DNA from: Camelus ferus
Taxonomy: Eukaryota
Length of the DNA: 64,000 nucleotides
NCBI RefSeq assembly: GCF_009834535.1
Contig: NC_045696.1
Location: 119,972,001-120,036,000, forward strand
Reading direction: 5' to 3'
Part shown: piece after piece, positions 24,985 to 37,039 of the stretch
Layout: each line of letters opens with the position of its first letter
How positions within the stretch are numbered: the first letter of the stretch is position 1
Notes under the pieces: generated by a model
Databases searched by the model: none
The model's input: the letters and a program-made list of their open reading frames with translations, nothing else
What the model was told of the DNA's origin: nothing
Position numbers and translations under genes: made by a program

Positions 24985-25349
24985 AGAAGTGACTGGGGGC
25001 CTTCCTCACCCCCGTGAGCCATCCCAACAGGCTCCTACAGCTTTACGCTTGGAAATAGTTTTCAGGGAGTTACGTGGGAGACAGGCCCTTGGCAGCCAGT
25101 GAAAGACACGTGTTTCCCCGGCAGGGTGGCTGTTAGCTCTTGGGGACTGCCCCATGGCTGGTGATCTGATCATGCATTGTTCCTCCTCCTCTGAGAACCC
25201 ATTTCCCGTCTCAGATGCACGCACACCTGCTGAGGTGTGGCTCTGTCAGGCCAGTGCCTGAGGGAAGAGGAGTAGAGGGGACATAGGGTGTGTGAAGCCC
25301 TGACCAGCCAGCCCTCCAATGTGTCCTCCTGGACCTGGAACTAGAGTTC

Positions 25350-25636
25350 TTTTTAAAAAATTTTTATTTTATGTTTTAGTTGAAGTATAGTTGATTTACA
25401 GTGTTGTGTTAGTCTCTGGTGTATAGCACAGTAGTTCAGTTTTATATTTTATATATCTATATCTATATCTATATCTATATCTATATCTATATCTATATAT
25501 CTATATCTTTTTTCATGTTCTTTTCCATTATAGACTATTAGAAGATATTGAGTACAGTTCCCTGTGCTGTACAGCAGGTCCTTGTTGTTTATCTAATTTA
25601 TATATGGTAGTTTGTATCTCCTAATCCCAAACGCCT
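25350..25636 (-). mobile_element. L1 3' fragment containing (TATATC)n (about 25452-25507)
   Basis: gaagtatagttgatttaca...gttccctgtgctgtacagcaggtccttgttgtttatcta. Confidence 0.88.
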
Positions 25637-26319
25637 ATAAATTTCTTCTTTTTAATTTTTTCCCCTCCTTGTGACACCCACCGGTCTGGTTTCTTGACTT
25701 TCACAACGTGGTTAAGGCTGGCATCATCCCACCTGCCTGTTCTTCCAGCCCCAGTGGTCACTGAGGCCCGGGGCGCTGGTGGCTCTCTCCAGGAGGGACG
25801 GCCACCCTTCTGTCTAGCCATTCTCCACACTCCAGGCTCCCAGCTTCCTTCAGTTTCTCAAACACCATACCACTCCCTCCCTGCCCGGTGAACATCCCTC
25901 TGCCGCCTGCTCTGGGACTGTTTCCTCAGGCTCCTGAGCACATGGTACCCCTGGGAGTTTTCCAGGAGTCTCCCTCTGCCCGCCCTGCTTGCCTTCCCTG
26001 GCCTGCTGAGGTTCTCTGCCCCGGGTTCCCTGGCACCTGTGCCATTCCCATCCTGGCACAGGCTCTCCTGGAATGGGCTGTCACTGCGGCCTCACCCACT
26101 GGACCCCACACGTCCTCAGGCAGGGACCAAGCCCAAGGCCCAGCACAGGGTCTGGCATGCGAGAAATCTGCCCCCAGTGTTTAACGTCGACCACGTTGCA
26201 TGGCTGAGGACTTCACGGGAGTGTAGCGCCTGTTGCCCTCATTATGGACTGAAACTGCCAGGGGCGGCTGGGCTGGACATCTTCCCCTGAGGATCCTGGA
26301 CAGAGCCTTTTCCTCTAAC

Positions 26320-26526
26320 CTGCACTGTCCGATATATCAATCACTGGCACACTTATTGTTTACCTTTAAATACACTTAATTAAAATTAAATGCAGTTAAA
26401 AACTCATTTCCTCAGTCTCGCTGGCCAGTTTCAGGTGCCCAGTACCCCATGTGGGCTCTGGCCATACTGGCCAGCGCAAGTGCTAGGACATTTCCAGGAT
26501 CATGGAGGGCTCTCGTGGATGGTGCT
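26320..26526 (-). mobile_element. MER3-like MITE
   Basis: ctgcactgtccgata...ttaattaaaattaaa...ttcctcagtc...acatttcca. Confidence 0.65.
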
Positions 26527-26669
26527 CCTCCAGACGTGATCTGGCACAGTGTTAACTCAGGAGCTTGTCGGCCGTGTGGAGTCCCTTTTGGGTACTTCTG
26601 GTTACGTCAAGCAGATTTCTGCAGGCTCCTTCCTAAGCCTGAGCCATGTCCCCGATTTCCCGCCTGCAG

Positions 26670-26798
26670 GACATTCGTCAGAAGTTCCGCTCCGTTCTGG
26701 TTGAAGCCACGGTGAAACTGGATGAACTGGTGAAGAAAATTGGCAAAGCCGTGGAAGACTCGAAGCCCTACTGGGAAGCCCGGAGGGTGGCCAGGCAG
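26670..26798 (+). CDS. SH3BP5: SH3BP5 exon 3 (129 nt)
   Basis: ctgcag acceptor; DIRQKFRSVLVEATVKLDELVKKIGKAVEDSKPYWEARRVARQ; donor CAG|gtaaga. Confidence 0.97.
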
Positions 26799-28769
26799 GT
26801 AAGAGAGCCCTGCAGCCCGGCTGCCCCGCCCCCCCCCCCCCCCCGGCGAAACCATAGCCACGCCCCTCGGGTCCGCCCACCGCCATCGCCATCGCCCCAC
26901 CCTTCGCCCCGTGTGCTCCTCTGGCTCCCGGGTCTGCAGCTGAAGGTCAGGCACAGGGAACAGCTCTGACTTTGTGAGCAGCTGCTTTGGAGCCCGCCTC
27001 TTATTTTCCTCCCCCCCAGTCTGCCTTCTCTCCAGCTCCCGGCACTATTAATAGGGTGTGGGTGCTGGGATTTGGATGCCCCTGCCAGTGGGCGCCGCCT
27101 TGTCGCTGGAGTGGGTGCCTGGGTCCACGTCCCAGGTCCTGGGTCAGCTCCTGCGGACCAGAGGCTGTGCTTAGAGCGTCGGGCTTGCCCCTCTGCCCTC
27201 CCCAGGGACTGCCTGTTGGGCAGCAGGAGGAGGATTCCTGCCCTGGTTTGGGAGAAATGAGCTATTTGCTTCTCTTGAAACCCTGGTTCTTGGTCCTGAG
27301 AGCCCAAATAGACAGCTGAGGAACCAAGACCAGAGAATGGGTGGTGCAGGGGGTCTGTGGTCAGGCGACTGCCGGGGCTGCACTGAAGTTGGTGCTCGTT
27401 TCAGTGTGTGTCTTCCTTGCATGGCCACTGATGTGGGACACCTCCCAGCCTGAGAGGCAGACCCTGTGAACGGCAAGGGAAAGAGCTCCCAACACATAGC
27501 AGTGCCGCTGTGTGCCAGGTCCTGGGTTGGGGACTCTCACTTGCCTCGGCCCATTTGGGCTTCCTGCTTAGGTGTCTCTGAAGCAGTTGATCCAGATTGA
27601 GGTCCTGTCCCTGTTGTGTGTTGATGTGACGGAAGATGCTGCCTCCTGGCATCTCTACATGTTAGCAGATGCTCCACTATGAGCCCCTACTGTGTGCTTG
27701 AGCCCCTACTGTGTGCACAGTGTGATGCTGAGCATAGGAGGGGAGGCTATGGGAAAGGGAGCCCTTGGGAAGTGAAGCCCCAGAAATTGAGGGACGTGTT
27801 AAGATCAGAGCCATTGAGGATAAACGGCCGGGACTTGGGTAGTGCTCTTCCTTGCCCAGCTCTGTGCACCCTTCACGTTTCCCAAAAGGGGACCCCCTTG
27901 GTGGTTCTGCCAAGAGCCTAGCTATGTGTCTGCGTTTTGCACTCTGAACCCCGAGCTGAGCTTTCTGGCTGGAACCTGCCAAATAGGTTGCCTTTGTCCC
28001 TAGACAGACGGGGCTGCCTGACACCCTTCCTCCTTCGCTGGCTGTTGCACTGGTCTGGACAACATCAAAGTGCCAATTACTTGTTGGTCTGCAACAAGCC
28101 TGAGCAGCAACTCTTCTCTCCATCTCCCTCTGGGCCCCACCCAGGCCTCTGGCTTTCCAGGGAGGAGAAACCCTTCTCCAGAAGGTGCTCACCTGTCCCC
28201 AGGAGCTCCACAGCCCTGAGGCATCCTCCCTTCAAAGTGCCCTGTACCACACTGTCCAGGTGTCCCCAAGCTGGGGCTGTGTCTCATCCACAATAGCCCA
28301 GGATAGTAGTGGTCTTGACCTTGCAGTGCGAAGGGTCTGGTCAGGTTTGAGGAGAAATTTCTGATAACTGTAAGGATTGGGTCAGTACTGAGGAGGTCAT
28401 GAAATCTCTTCTGAAATCTCTTCCACACTTGAGTTTATGGTTCTCTGATTCTTTTGAGGCCACAGATAACCTATTTAAAAGCAGGCATGTCCATGGGATG
28501 ATTTCAGAGTGGTCTGTGAAAGCATCCCCTTGGAGCTGTGCAGTGGCTTCCCTGCCTGGAATTTCCCCACTGGGTCCCCGAGCTCAGGTTGTAGAGCAGA
28601 GCTGCTAAAGGGACCTTGGTGTTCAGGGGCCTCTGGAGGCTGGCCCATCAGGTCGCCAGCCCCAGCTCATGGGGCAGTGTCCTCTGACAGCTGACGCCAG
28701 ACGTGCTCTCATCTTGGAGTCTTTGAACTTGCCGGCCCCTCTGTTTGGTGTTGTCTTGTCCCCAGGATT

Positions 28770-29085
28770 TGCATAGTTCACTCTCTCATCTCCTCCAGGT
28801 TTCTGCTCAGATGTCACTGTACCCACACGGCCTTCCTGGGCTAACATTTCAGTGATAACTGCCCAACCACCATCTCTGCCACTGTAGCCCCTGTTCCTTG
28901 ATTTGCCTTTTCCCCATAGCAGTTCTCACCCCTGACCTGTTACTGTTCACTTGTATATTGTGGTGAAACTCTACAAACTCCCCGACAGGGAATTTGGTCT
29001 GTTCAGTTCATGGCCTTGTCTGCACTGCCTGCATATGGAAGGTGTTCAAATCTTGAGCAGATGATTAAGTGAACCAATGAATGCA
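28770..29085 (+). mobile_element. L2 3' remnant
   Basis: ctgctcagatgtcac...ggccttcct...ccatagca...cagggaatttggtctgtt...tgaatg-type tail. Confidence 0.55.
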
Positions 29086-30829
29086 TGACAAGGTTGACCA
29101 GCTGTTCCTCCCACCCACCCACCCACCCTTGACATCCCAACCTTTCCCTCTCTGCGGCCACTTTACTCAAAGCTTCTTCCCTGCCGCGTGGCTAGGTGAG
29201 CACAGGGGTAGGAACCTGACTGGCAAATCCAGCTTTATCTGGGTTGGCTCCTTCAGATCGAATTTGGTGGGTGGGTCCCCAGCTGGCTGTGACACATCTG
29301 GAATAGATGTCACACCCCCTCTTTTGTTTTCCCCGCAGCCCAGTCCTCTTTGATGGAGAGAGGTAGGAGGGAGCTGGGCTGGGGGGGGGGTCCCACGGCC
29401 AGGCAGCGGTGAATTGCAGCTTTACGCCTGCCTTTCATCTCTTCTCTTGGCCAATGAGGACAGTGGACAAGCCACTGAGTCATCAGGTCTCATCAGGTGA
29501 TAAAGACCTGGGGCTGAGTGACTCTCTGTCAGCTGGCAGAGCCCAGGATAAATGATGAGGGCATCCTGCCCGCTCTATGCCTGCACACCCTCCCCTGAAA
29601 CTCCTGCTTCCTTGCAGGTGGGCCAGAAGAAGGGCGGAAAAGGCTCAGTGTGACCTCACCCCTCAACCCCCACGGGACCTTGTTGGTCTCCAGCCGAGGA
29701 GCCGGAAGGGCCTCAAAGGCTGAGGCTGGGCGCAGATGTCCCATTTCATCTCTGCGGGTGGAGGGTGTCTCGGCTCGGACGGGTGGCCGAGTCTGTCGGT
29801 GCACCAGCATCCTCTGCTCTTCCCGATGGTGCAGGGGGTGGGGCCTCCTCCAGCTGCTGCCAAGCGGGGCTTCCTGTTTTCTTCCTCTGGTCTTACGCCT
29901 ACCCCTTCCTTTCTATATTTACAAATCCCTCCAACTGTGTGTAGCAGGACGGTCTCTGAGAGATGCCTTCAGAGCACCTCCTCCCGGTGTGTATCGGAGG
30001 CAGTGCATTCTCAGAGTGTCAGCATCCTCATCTCTATGAAAATGGTGAGACAGTGATGGTTGTGGACCACGAGAGTCCCGAGGTGTCCTGAGGACTTAGA
30101 TCAGGTTTGACGGCAGAGTCTCTGCATGAGCTTGCATTTTGGTTTCATTTTTTAAACATTGTAGAAAATTCAGAAAATCGACAAAAAGAAGAAAAGTCCC
30201 CACGCCTTCTGTTGATATTTGATGTGTGTCTCCTCTTTTGTTTTTCAGTAAGAGATCATCCTGTAGTGGTGGTTTCATAATGTCTGGAATCCACCCACCC
30301 AGAGTCTCAGTGGAACAGCAGAGACTTGCAAAGGGAAAGATTTCTACCGCTTGGTTTTCCGTGGAGAATGTACAGAGTTGTGTAATTGTTGGGCCAGTAG
30401 AAATCGTGTCTGCTCATCCAGAATTTGCACGAACTCTGCTGTTCCCAATGTCAACTCGTTTTCCTACCAGTGAGTCAGATCCAGACCTGTGATCTTGAAC
30501 CTAGTCCAAATTCTGCCAAGAGGAGGCAGAATACTCCCCTACCCACCCGGGCCAGGGTGGAGGCAGGAAACCGGCTTTGATTTATTTGAGGGTTTTTGTC
30601 CGCGAGCCAGAGCTTGTTTTGAAGGTGGCTTTGACATATCTGCCAGCCATCTGGCCGTTCTGTGTGTTGCGGGGACCTTCTGACGAGGGGGTGGAGCCTG
30701 AGTGACTCCGTGGACTTGAGTGGTGGAGAGTTTCCTGCTTACTGTGCTCCCTGGGTTCTAACTGGTCTGATGCTAGCCGTAGACATGTCATTATCCCTGC
30801 CAGTCCCCACCCTTGTTATTTTTTTCCTT

Positions 30830-31675
30830 TTAAAAAAATAGCAGTAAACCACATTTAACATAGGATTTACTGTTTTAACTATTTTATTTTATTATTTATT
30901 TATTTTTGGCATGTTTTTATTTATGTATGTATGTATTTATTTAACTTAACCACCAGTTACATTTATTTATTTTTTAACATTTTTTAAATTGAGTTATAGT
31001 CATTTTACAATGTTGTGTCAAATTCCAGTGTAGAGCACAATTTTTCAGTTATACATGAACGTACATATATTCATTGTCACATTTTTTTTTTCTGCTGCGA
31101 GCCACCACAAGATCCTGTATATATTTCCCTGTGCTATAGAGTATAATCTAGTTTATCTATTCCGCATATGCCTGTCAGTATCTACAAAATTTTGAACTCC
31201 CAGTCTGTCGCTGCCCACTCCTCGCCCCCTTGACAACCACAAGTTTGTATTCTATGTCTGTGAGTCTGTTTCTGTTTCGTTCTAACTATTTCAAATTGTA
31301 CAGTCGGGAGCATGAAGTACATTCGTATTGCTGCACAGCCCCCACCAATATCCATCTTCAAAACTTTTTCATCTTCCCAGACTCTGTACCATTAAACAGT
31401 AACTCCCCATTCCTCCCTCCCCGCAGGCTTTGGCAACCACCATCTACTTTCTGTCTCAATGACTTTGACTCCCCTAAGTCCCCCACGTAAGTGGGGTCAA
31501 GCGGAGTTTGTCCTTTTCTGACGGGCTTTTTGCATGGAGCTCAATGTCCTTGAGGGCCATCCATGCTGTAGCCTGTGTTGGAATTTCACTCCTTTTTAAG
31601 GCTGTTCTGATATTCCATTGTATGTGTAGACCACATGGTGTTTATTCGTTCGTCCATCTGGTGGACTTGTGGGCA
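30830..31675 (-). mobile_element. Old L1MB-like 3' fragment interrupted by a younger L1 (about 30885-31278)
   Basis: TSD gtt(t/c)taactattt (30872-30884, 31279-31291); the old part has ccatctactttctgtctc...ccatgctgtagc..tttttaaggctg. Confidence 0.8.
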
Positions 31676-31879
31676 ACCCTTTTGATTTTTAGTGGTTGGA
31701 ACGTGTTAGAAGGCTTTGCAGCCCTGAAGGGTAGCGTTAGTGCCAAGTAATGAGAATTATTTAGGGGAGAGAGTTGCCTGTTTGGTGTTTGAAGGATCGG
31801 GTAAGTCCACGTCCTCTAAGCCCCTTTGGGGAGGTGTGTGGAGAAATGTTTGAAACGTGGAGAGTGACTTAGCTTTGGG

Positions 31880-32009
31880 GTAGCTGCTGAGTGTGGTCTC
31901 TGAGCCAAACTGCCTGGCTTTGAATCCCAGCTTCCCACTTAATGGCTGTGGGACCTCAGCAGATTCCTTCATTTCTGTGCCTCAGTTTCTTCATTTGTAA
32001 AATGGAGTT
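31880..32009 (+). mobile_element. MIR fragment
   Basis: ctgcctggctttgaatcccagct...ctgtgcctcagtttcttcatttgtaaaatgg. Confidence 0.8.
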
Positions 32010-32010
32010 G

Positions 32011-32443
32011 TGTATCAGTTAGCTTTTGCTGTGAAACAAACTACCCCCAAACTCAGTGGCTTACAACATGTATTTAGCTCATGATTTTGCTGAGCAGGTC
32101 TTCTGACCTCAGGTTTGGCCGATCTCATCCATATGCAGTCAGGAGGAGGGTTGGCTGGGGGCTGGCAGACCTGGGTTGGCTTCATCTGTCTGGCAGTTGG
32201 CTGGTTGTCAGCTGAGGTGTCAGGGGCGACTGGACCATGTGCGTCTCATCCAGGAGGCTAGTGGGCTTCTTCACATGGTGCTGGGATTCCAGGAACAAAA
32301 AGGGCGGGCCCTTTTCAAGCCTCTGCGGGCATCACATCTCCTAATGTCCTATTGGGCAGAGTATGTCACATGGCTAGTCCAAATTCAAGAGATAGGGGGA
32401 AAATAAACTCCACCTGCAAAGTATTATAGCCATTTTTGCAATC
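32011..32443 (-). mobile_element. MLT1H-like MaLR LTR
   Basis: tgtatcagttagcttttgctgtgaaacaaactacccccaaactcagtggctta...gtcacatggc..ccaaattcaag...gccatttttgcaatct. Confidence 0.75.
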
Positions 32444-32447
32444 TGAT

Positions 32448-32686
32448 AAATTAGGAGTTCTGAATAAACAGATACACACTACTATACATAAAGTAGATGA
32501 ATAACAAGGACCTCTTGTATAGCACAGGGAACTATACTCCATACCTTGTAGTATCCTTTTATGTAAAAGAACCTGAAGATGTGTATGTATGTAGGTATAT
32601 GTATATAACTCAATTGCTTTGCTGTATACCTGAAACTAACATTGTAAATCAACTACATCTCAATAAAAAATAAAATTGAAAAAAAA
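32448..32686 (+). mobile_element. L1 3'UTR fragment
   Basis: aacagatacacactactata...gtatagcacagggaactata...attgtaaatcaacta..tcaataaaaaa. Confidence 0.88.
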
Positions 32687-33149
32687 TCCTATGGGTAGAA
32701 GAAGAAACAGTTCTGGACGGGCTGGGAAGGGACATGGAAGAGGTAGGGATGGTGAGGGCGGAAGGGTGACCCAGGCAGGTGGGTACGTATGGAGTTGCTG
32801 TTAGAGATAAAACGTGGCAGAGGGTCAGAAGTGATGACTTACCTTCTGACTGATGAGCACCCTCCAAGCCCAAAGGGACGAGTAGGGGGACCTTGAATGG
32901 ATGGGGAATCTGGTTTCCAATGACATGAAACGGACCAGGTGCATCACATTGTCCCCTGAATTCTGATGGTAACTGCAAGAGGGCCAGAGGGCTGTGGTCT
33001 TCCTTTGCTGGGGAATCTCGATGTTGATCTGGTTTGCGGAAGTGGCGAGGGGGAAGCCAGGGCTCTGCAGAGGTGGCGAGAAAATGCAAGGGTACGCCAA
33101 GTACAGCTTGTACTCCTAACTTGTCCAGGGTTTTTCTTCCCTTCTAATT

Positions 33150-33494
33150 CATTCTTTTCTTTTTAAAATTTTTAAAAATTGAATTATAGTCAGTTACAAT
33201 GTGTCAATTTCTAGTATACAGCACAATGTCCCAGTCATGCATATACATACATATATTCATTTTCACATTCTTTTTCATTAAAGGTTATTAGAAGGAATTG
33301 AATATAGTTCCCTGTGCTATACAGAAGAAATTTGTTTTTTTAAATCTATTTTAATATATAGTGGCTAAAATTTGCAAGTCTCAAACTACCAAATTTATCC
33401 CTTTCCACCCCCTTTGCCTTGGAAACCATAAGCCTTTTTACTATGTCCATGGGTCTGTTTCTCTTTTGTAGATGAGTTCATTAGTGTCCTCTTT

Positions 33495-33542
<48 letters not shown>

Positions 33543-33612
33543 TCCTTCTTTCCTTCTTTCCTTCTTTCCTTCTTTCCTTCTTTCCTTCTTTCCTTCTTTC
33601 CTTTTCTTTCTT

Positions 33613-33643
<31 letters not shown>

Positions 33644-34653
33644 CCTTTTCTTTCTCTTTTCTTTTCTTTCTTTCTTTCTTCTTTCTTTTCATTTCTTTCT
33701 TTTCTTCGTTTCTTTCTTCATTTCTTTTTCTTTCTTTTCTTCTTCTTTTTTTTTTTTTAGATTCCACATATGAGTAATATCTTACGGTGTTTTTCTTTTT
33801 CCTGGCTTACTTCACTTAGGGTGGTAATCTCTAGGTCCATCCACGTTGCTGCAAATGGCATTATTTCATTCTTTTTATGGCTGAGTAGTATTCCATTGTA
33901 TAAATATACCACAACTTCTTTATCCAGTCGTCTGTTAATGGACATTTAGGTTGTTTCCATGTCTTGGCTGTTGTAAATAGTGCTGCTGTGAACACTGGGA
34001 TACATGTGCCTTTTCAAATTAGAGTTTTCTCTGGATATATGTCCAGGAGCAGGATGGCTGGATCATATGGTAAGTCTGTTTTGATTTTTTAAGGGATGTC
34101 CATACTGTTTTCCACTGTGGCTGCACCAAATTATATTCCCACCAGCAGTGTAGGAGGGTTCCCTTTTCTTCACACGCTCTGCAGCATTTATCATTTGTGA
34201 ACTTTTGAATGATGGGCATTCTGACTGGTGTGAGGTGATACATCATTGTAGTTTTGATTTGCATTTCTCTGATAATTAGCGATATTGAGCAGCTTTTTAT
34301 GTGCTTATTGGCTATCTGTATGTATTCATTGGTGAAATGTCTGCTTAGGTCTTCTGCCCATTTTTTGGATTGGGTTGTTTGTGTTCTGTTACTGACTTCT
34401 ATGAGATGTTTATATATTCTGGAAATTAAGCCACCATCAGTCACATCATTTGCAAATATTTTCTCCCAGTCCATAGGTTGTTTTTTCATTTTGTTTATGG
34501 TTTCCTTGGCTGTGTGAAAGCTTCCAAGTTTGAGTAGGTCCCACTGGTTTATTTTTGCTTTTATTTCTATCACCTTGGAAGAATGACCTAGGAGAACATT
34601 GCTACAATTTATGTCGGAAAATGTTTTGCCTATGTTCTCTTTAGGAGATTTAT
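33150..34653 (-). mobile_element. L1 fragment of about 1.5 kb (decayed ORF2 C-terminus plus 3'UTR)
   Basis: Minus-strand ORF 34019-34573 ([42 protein letters not shown]) is frameshifted L1 ORF2. Confidence 0.95.
33487..33758. repeat. (TTTC)n/(TTCC)n polypyrimidine tract
   Basis: About 270 nt, almost purely C/T. Confidence 0.95.
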
Positions 34654-35089
34654 GCTGTGCACCAGGGAAGTACTTTTAACATTTTTTTCAGAGGAGAGAA
34701 AACAGGTGTAGAGGAGTCAGGTTATTCAAGGGGCCCCCAAAGACCTCATTGACCAGATGCTGGGCCTGGGGAGGTGGGTCCCTTACTGTGAGCTAATCAG
34801 GGCCTCACAGGAGTTTGCAAGGTGGTGGTATTATTACTGCCATCTCCCAGCGGGAGCAGTGGCTGAGAGTCCTGGAGGTAGAGTCACGTGCCCAGATTCA
34901 GACCTCTCAAGGAAAGGAGCAAAGATTCGAACCTACGTCTCCCTGCTTCCGGCAGCTGCTTGCTGCCTGGGGCCGGCACTTTGACAGTCTTTAGGGGCAG
35001 CTGGGACGCCCGGCTGACTGACTACACGCTGACACATCTTGGGGGAACAGGTAAGGGGAGTAGTTGACTTGTAGGGCTAAAAGGGAGGT

Positions 35090-35160
35090 TATTTTTTTAA
35101 ATTGAAGTATAGTTAATTCACAATGTTGTGTTAATTTCTGGTGTACAGCATAGTGATTCA

Positions 35161-35203
<43 letters not shown>

Positions 35204-35265
35204 TTTTCCATATTCTTTTTATTATAGTCTGTTATAAGCTACTGAATAAAGCTCCCTGTGCTCTA
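35090..35265 (-). mobile_element. L1 3' fragment with (TA)n at about 35164-35201
   Basis: attgaagtatagtt...ctggtgtacagcatagtgattcagt. Confidence 0.85.
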
Positions 35266-36852
35266 GGGAAATTTTAAGCTCATCTGCAGTTATTTCTCCG
35301 CTTTTTCTGCCCAGGGTAACGGGAGGCTCTTTCAGAGTAATTGGTGGCCCTGTGAAACGGCTTCCCCTCCTGGGACCTCAGTGCACGTTTGTCCTGCCTC
35401 CCCTCTTCCCAGTCACTTGTTTCCCCTGAGCCCTCTCCCTGTGGGACTCAGGTGAGGAGGTCTGGGTCATTGACTTCCATCCCCATGGCCCTGACCACGT
35501 TCCCACTGGCCGGCCACAGGCCAGTTCCTGGGAACCGTGTCACCCAGGCTGCCTGGGTGGAGGGCAGGCAGCTGAGTGGCGGGGCACCTGCCTGGATGCA
35601 GAGTTGCTGGTGACATCCTGGTGATGTGCGGCTGGAGGACAACGGGCTGTTAACCCTCCCTTGCCCGCAGGACTGCACCTTGTGGTCTTGGTTGGTGATT
35701 CTGGGGAGGAGTCAGGTGCACCAGGATGGGGTCCGTGGTGGGACGAGGGGCCGCCTCTGACCCAGGCTCAAGGCCCCTGATGCAGAGCAGGTATCCAGGC
35801 TTGGAGGCTTCGTCCGAAGGGCCCACCTGTGGCTGTACCTCCTCCAGGCTGGCGCTGCCCACAGTGTCCTCTGTCCTCTACCAGGGCAGGGGGTGTGGCT
35901 GATCTGAGGTTTTTTCTTCTGTGGTGCGAGGGCCACTGGCTCTTGACCCTTTCCTGCCAAGTGGGCGGCGGAAAGCCAGAAGTGGGGTCCAGTGGGGCCC
36001 AGGGTCTCAGCCGGGCAGGATGAAGATGGAGGCACTGCCCGAGCTTGTCGGGGACAGTCCGCTTTCCTTTCGGTGGCCTCTCACTGAGGCCTGGCAGATG
36101 CCTGGAAGTGCTGCTTGGTGGGTGCTGGGCTGTCTGAGGCAGACACTGGGGTTTGTCGCCTTGGGACAGCAACTGGAGGGGAAAGAGGATATGGGTTCTG
36201 GGCCGTATCTGAAACCACGAGGCTCCTTGGATGTTTCTCTTTTTCTTTTCTCCCTCCCCACGTCCGTCTCTTGTCAGTGGCGTGCCCCTCCATCCCCAAC
36301 CCCGTGAACCCCTGGCATTCCCTAGAAGGGAGAGGAAAATCAGAGTATGGGATGTATTTTTGCTACCAGGTTTGTCAGCCCAGGGGGTCCTTTTATGTTG
36401 CTAGGCAACCAGGTTTGGTCCCCAGCCAGTGGTGACTTATCTTCCGCTCCCTCTCCTTGCCTGGGGACACCCTCTGCCCACCCTGCTTTCCTCCTTTTCT
36501 TTCTCCCTCCCCCACCCCTCCCAGGGTGACGTCATGGCCCATCTTCCCTTCTAGGAAAGTCTCTCCCTAAGAATTGGGCGGACTTGTTCACTCTCAGAAG
36601 TGGGTGGCAGTAGGATTGGAGATTGATGGTCTCTGGATGTTCAACTGGTTCAGCTTTAAGACACTCCTGTGGCTTGGGATGCCCTGCTTCTGGTCTGATG
36701 GGGCGCTGGTTCCAGCTTGGGGCTTGTCACCCAGCAAGAGCTCCTTGAAACCACACTCATCCCACCAAGAGGGAAGTGCCGAGGGGCCCGGGCCTCGGAC
36801 TGGGTTTTCGTTTCCGCATGATGGAAGGTCCTTGTGGGGTTTCAGCCAAAGG

Positions 36853-37039
36853 TCGGGTTGGCAGATGGAACCCAGGATACCCAGTTCAATTCGAATTTCA
36901 GATCACTTTTTTTTTTTTAGCATCTCTCTGTTCCTTGCAATACTGGGGACCCACTTAACTAAACCTGGTTATTTGCTTACCTGAAATCCAGATTGAACTG
37001 GGAGTCTGCTCTTTCCCTTGGCTGAATCTGGCAGCCCTG
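36853..37039. mobile_element. MER53-like palindromic hAT MITE
   Basis: Termini gggttggcagat / atctggcagccc; inner arms cccagttcaat (36880-36890) and attgaactggg (36992-37002). Confidence 0.8.

Noticed and set aside
33441..33777. K/E/R-rich and F/S/L-rich ORFs
   Set aside because: They are translations of the (TTTC)n/(TTCC)n array.
34019..34573. L1 ORF2-like ORFs (also 42148-42549, 19799-20062) as functional genes
   Set aside because: They are 5'-truncated, frameshifted fragments lacking endonuclease and RT domains.
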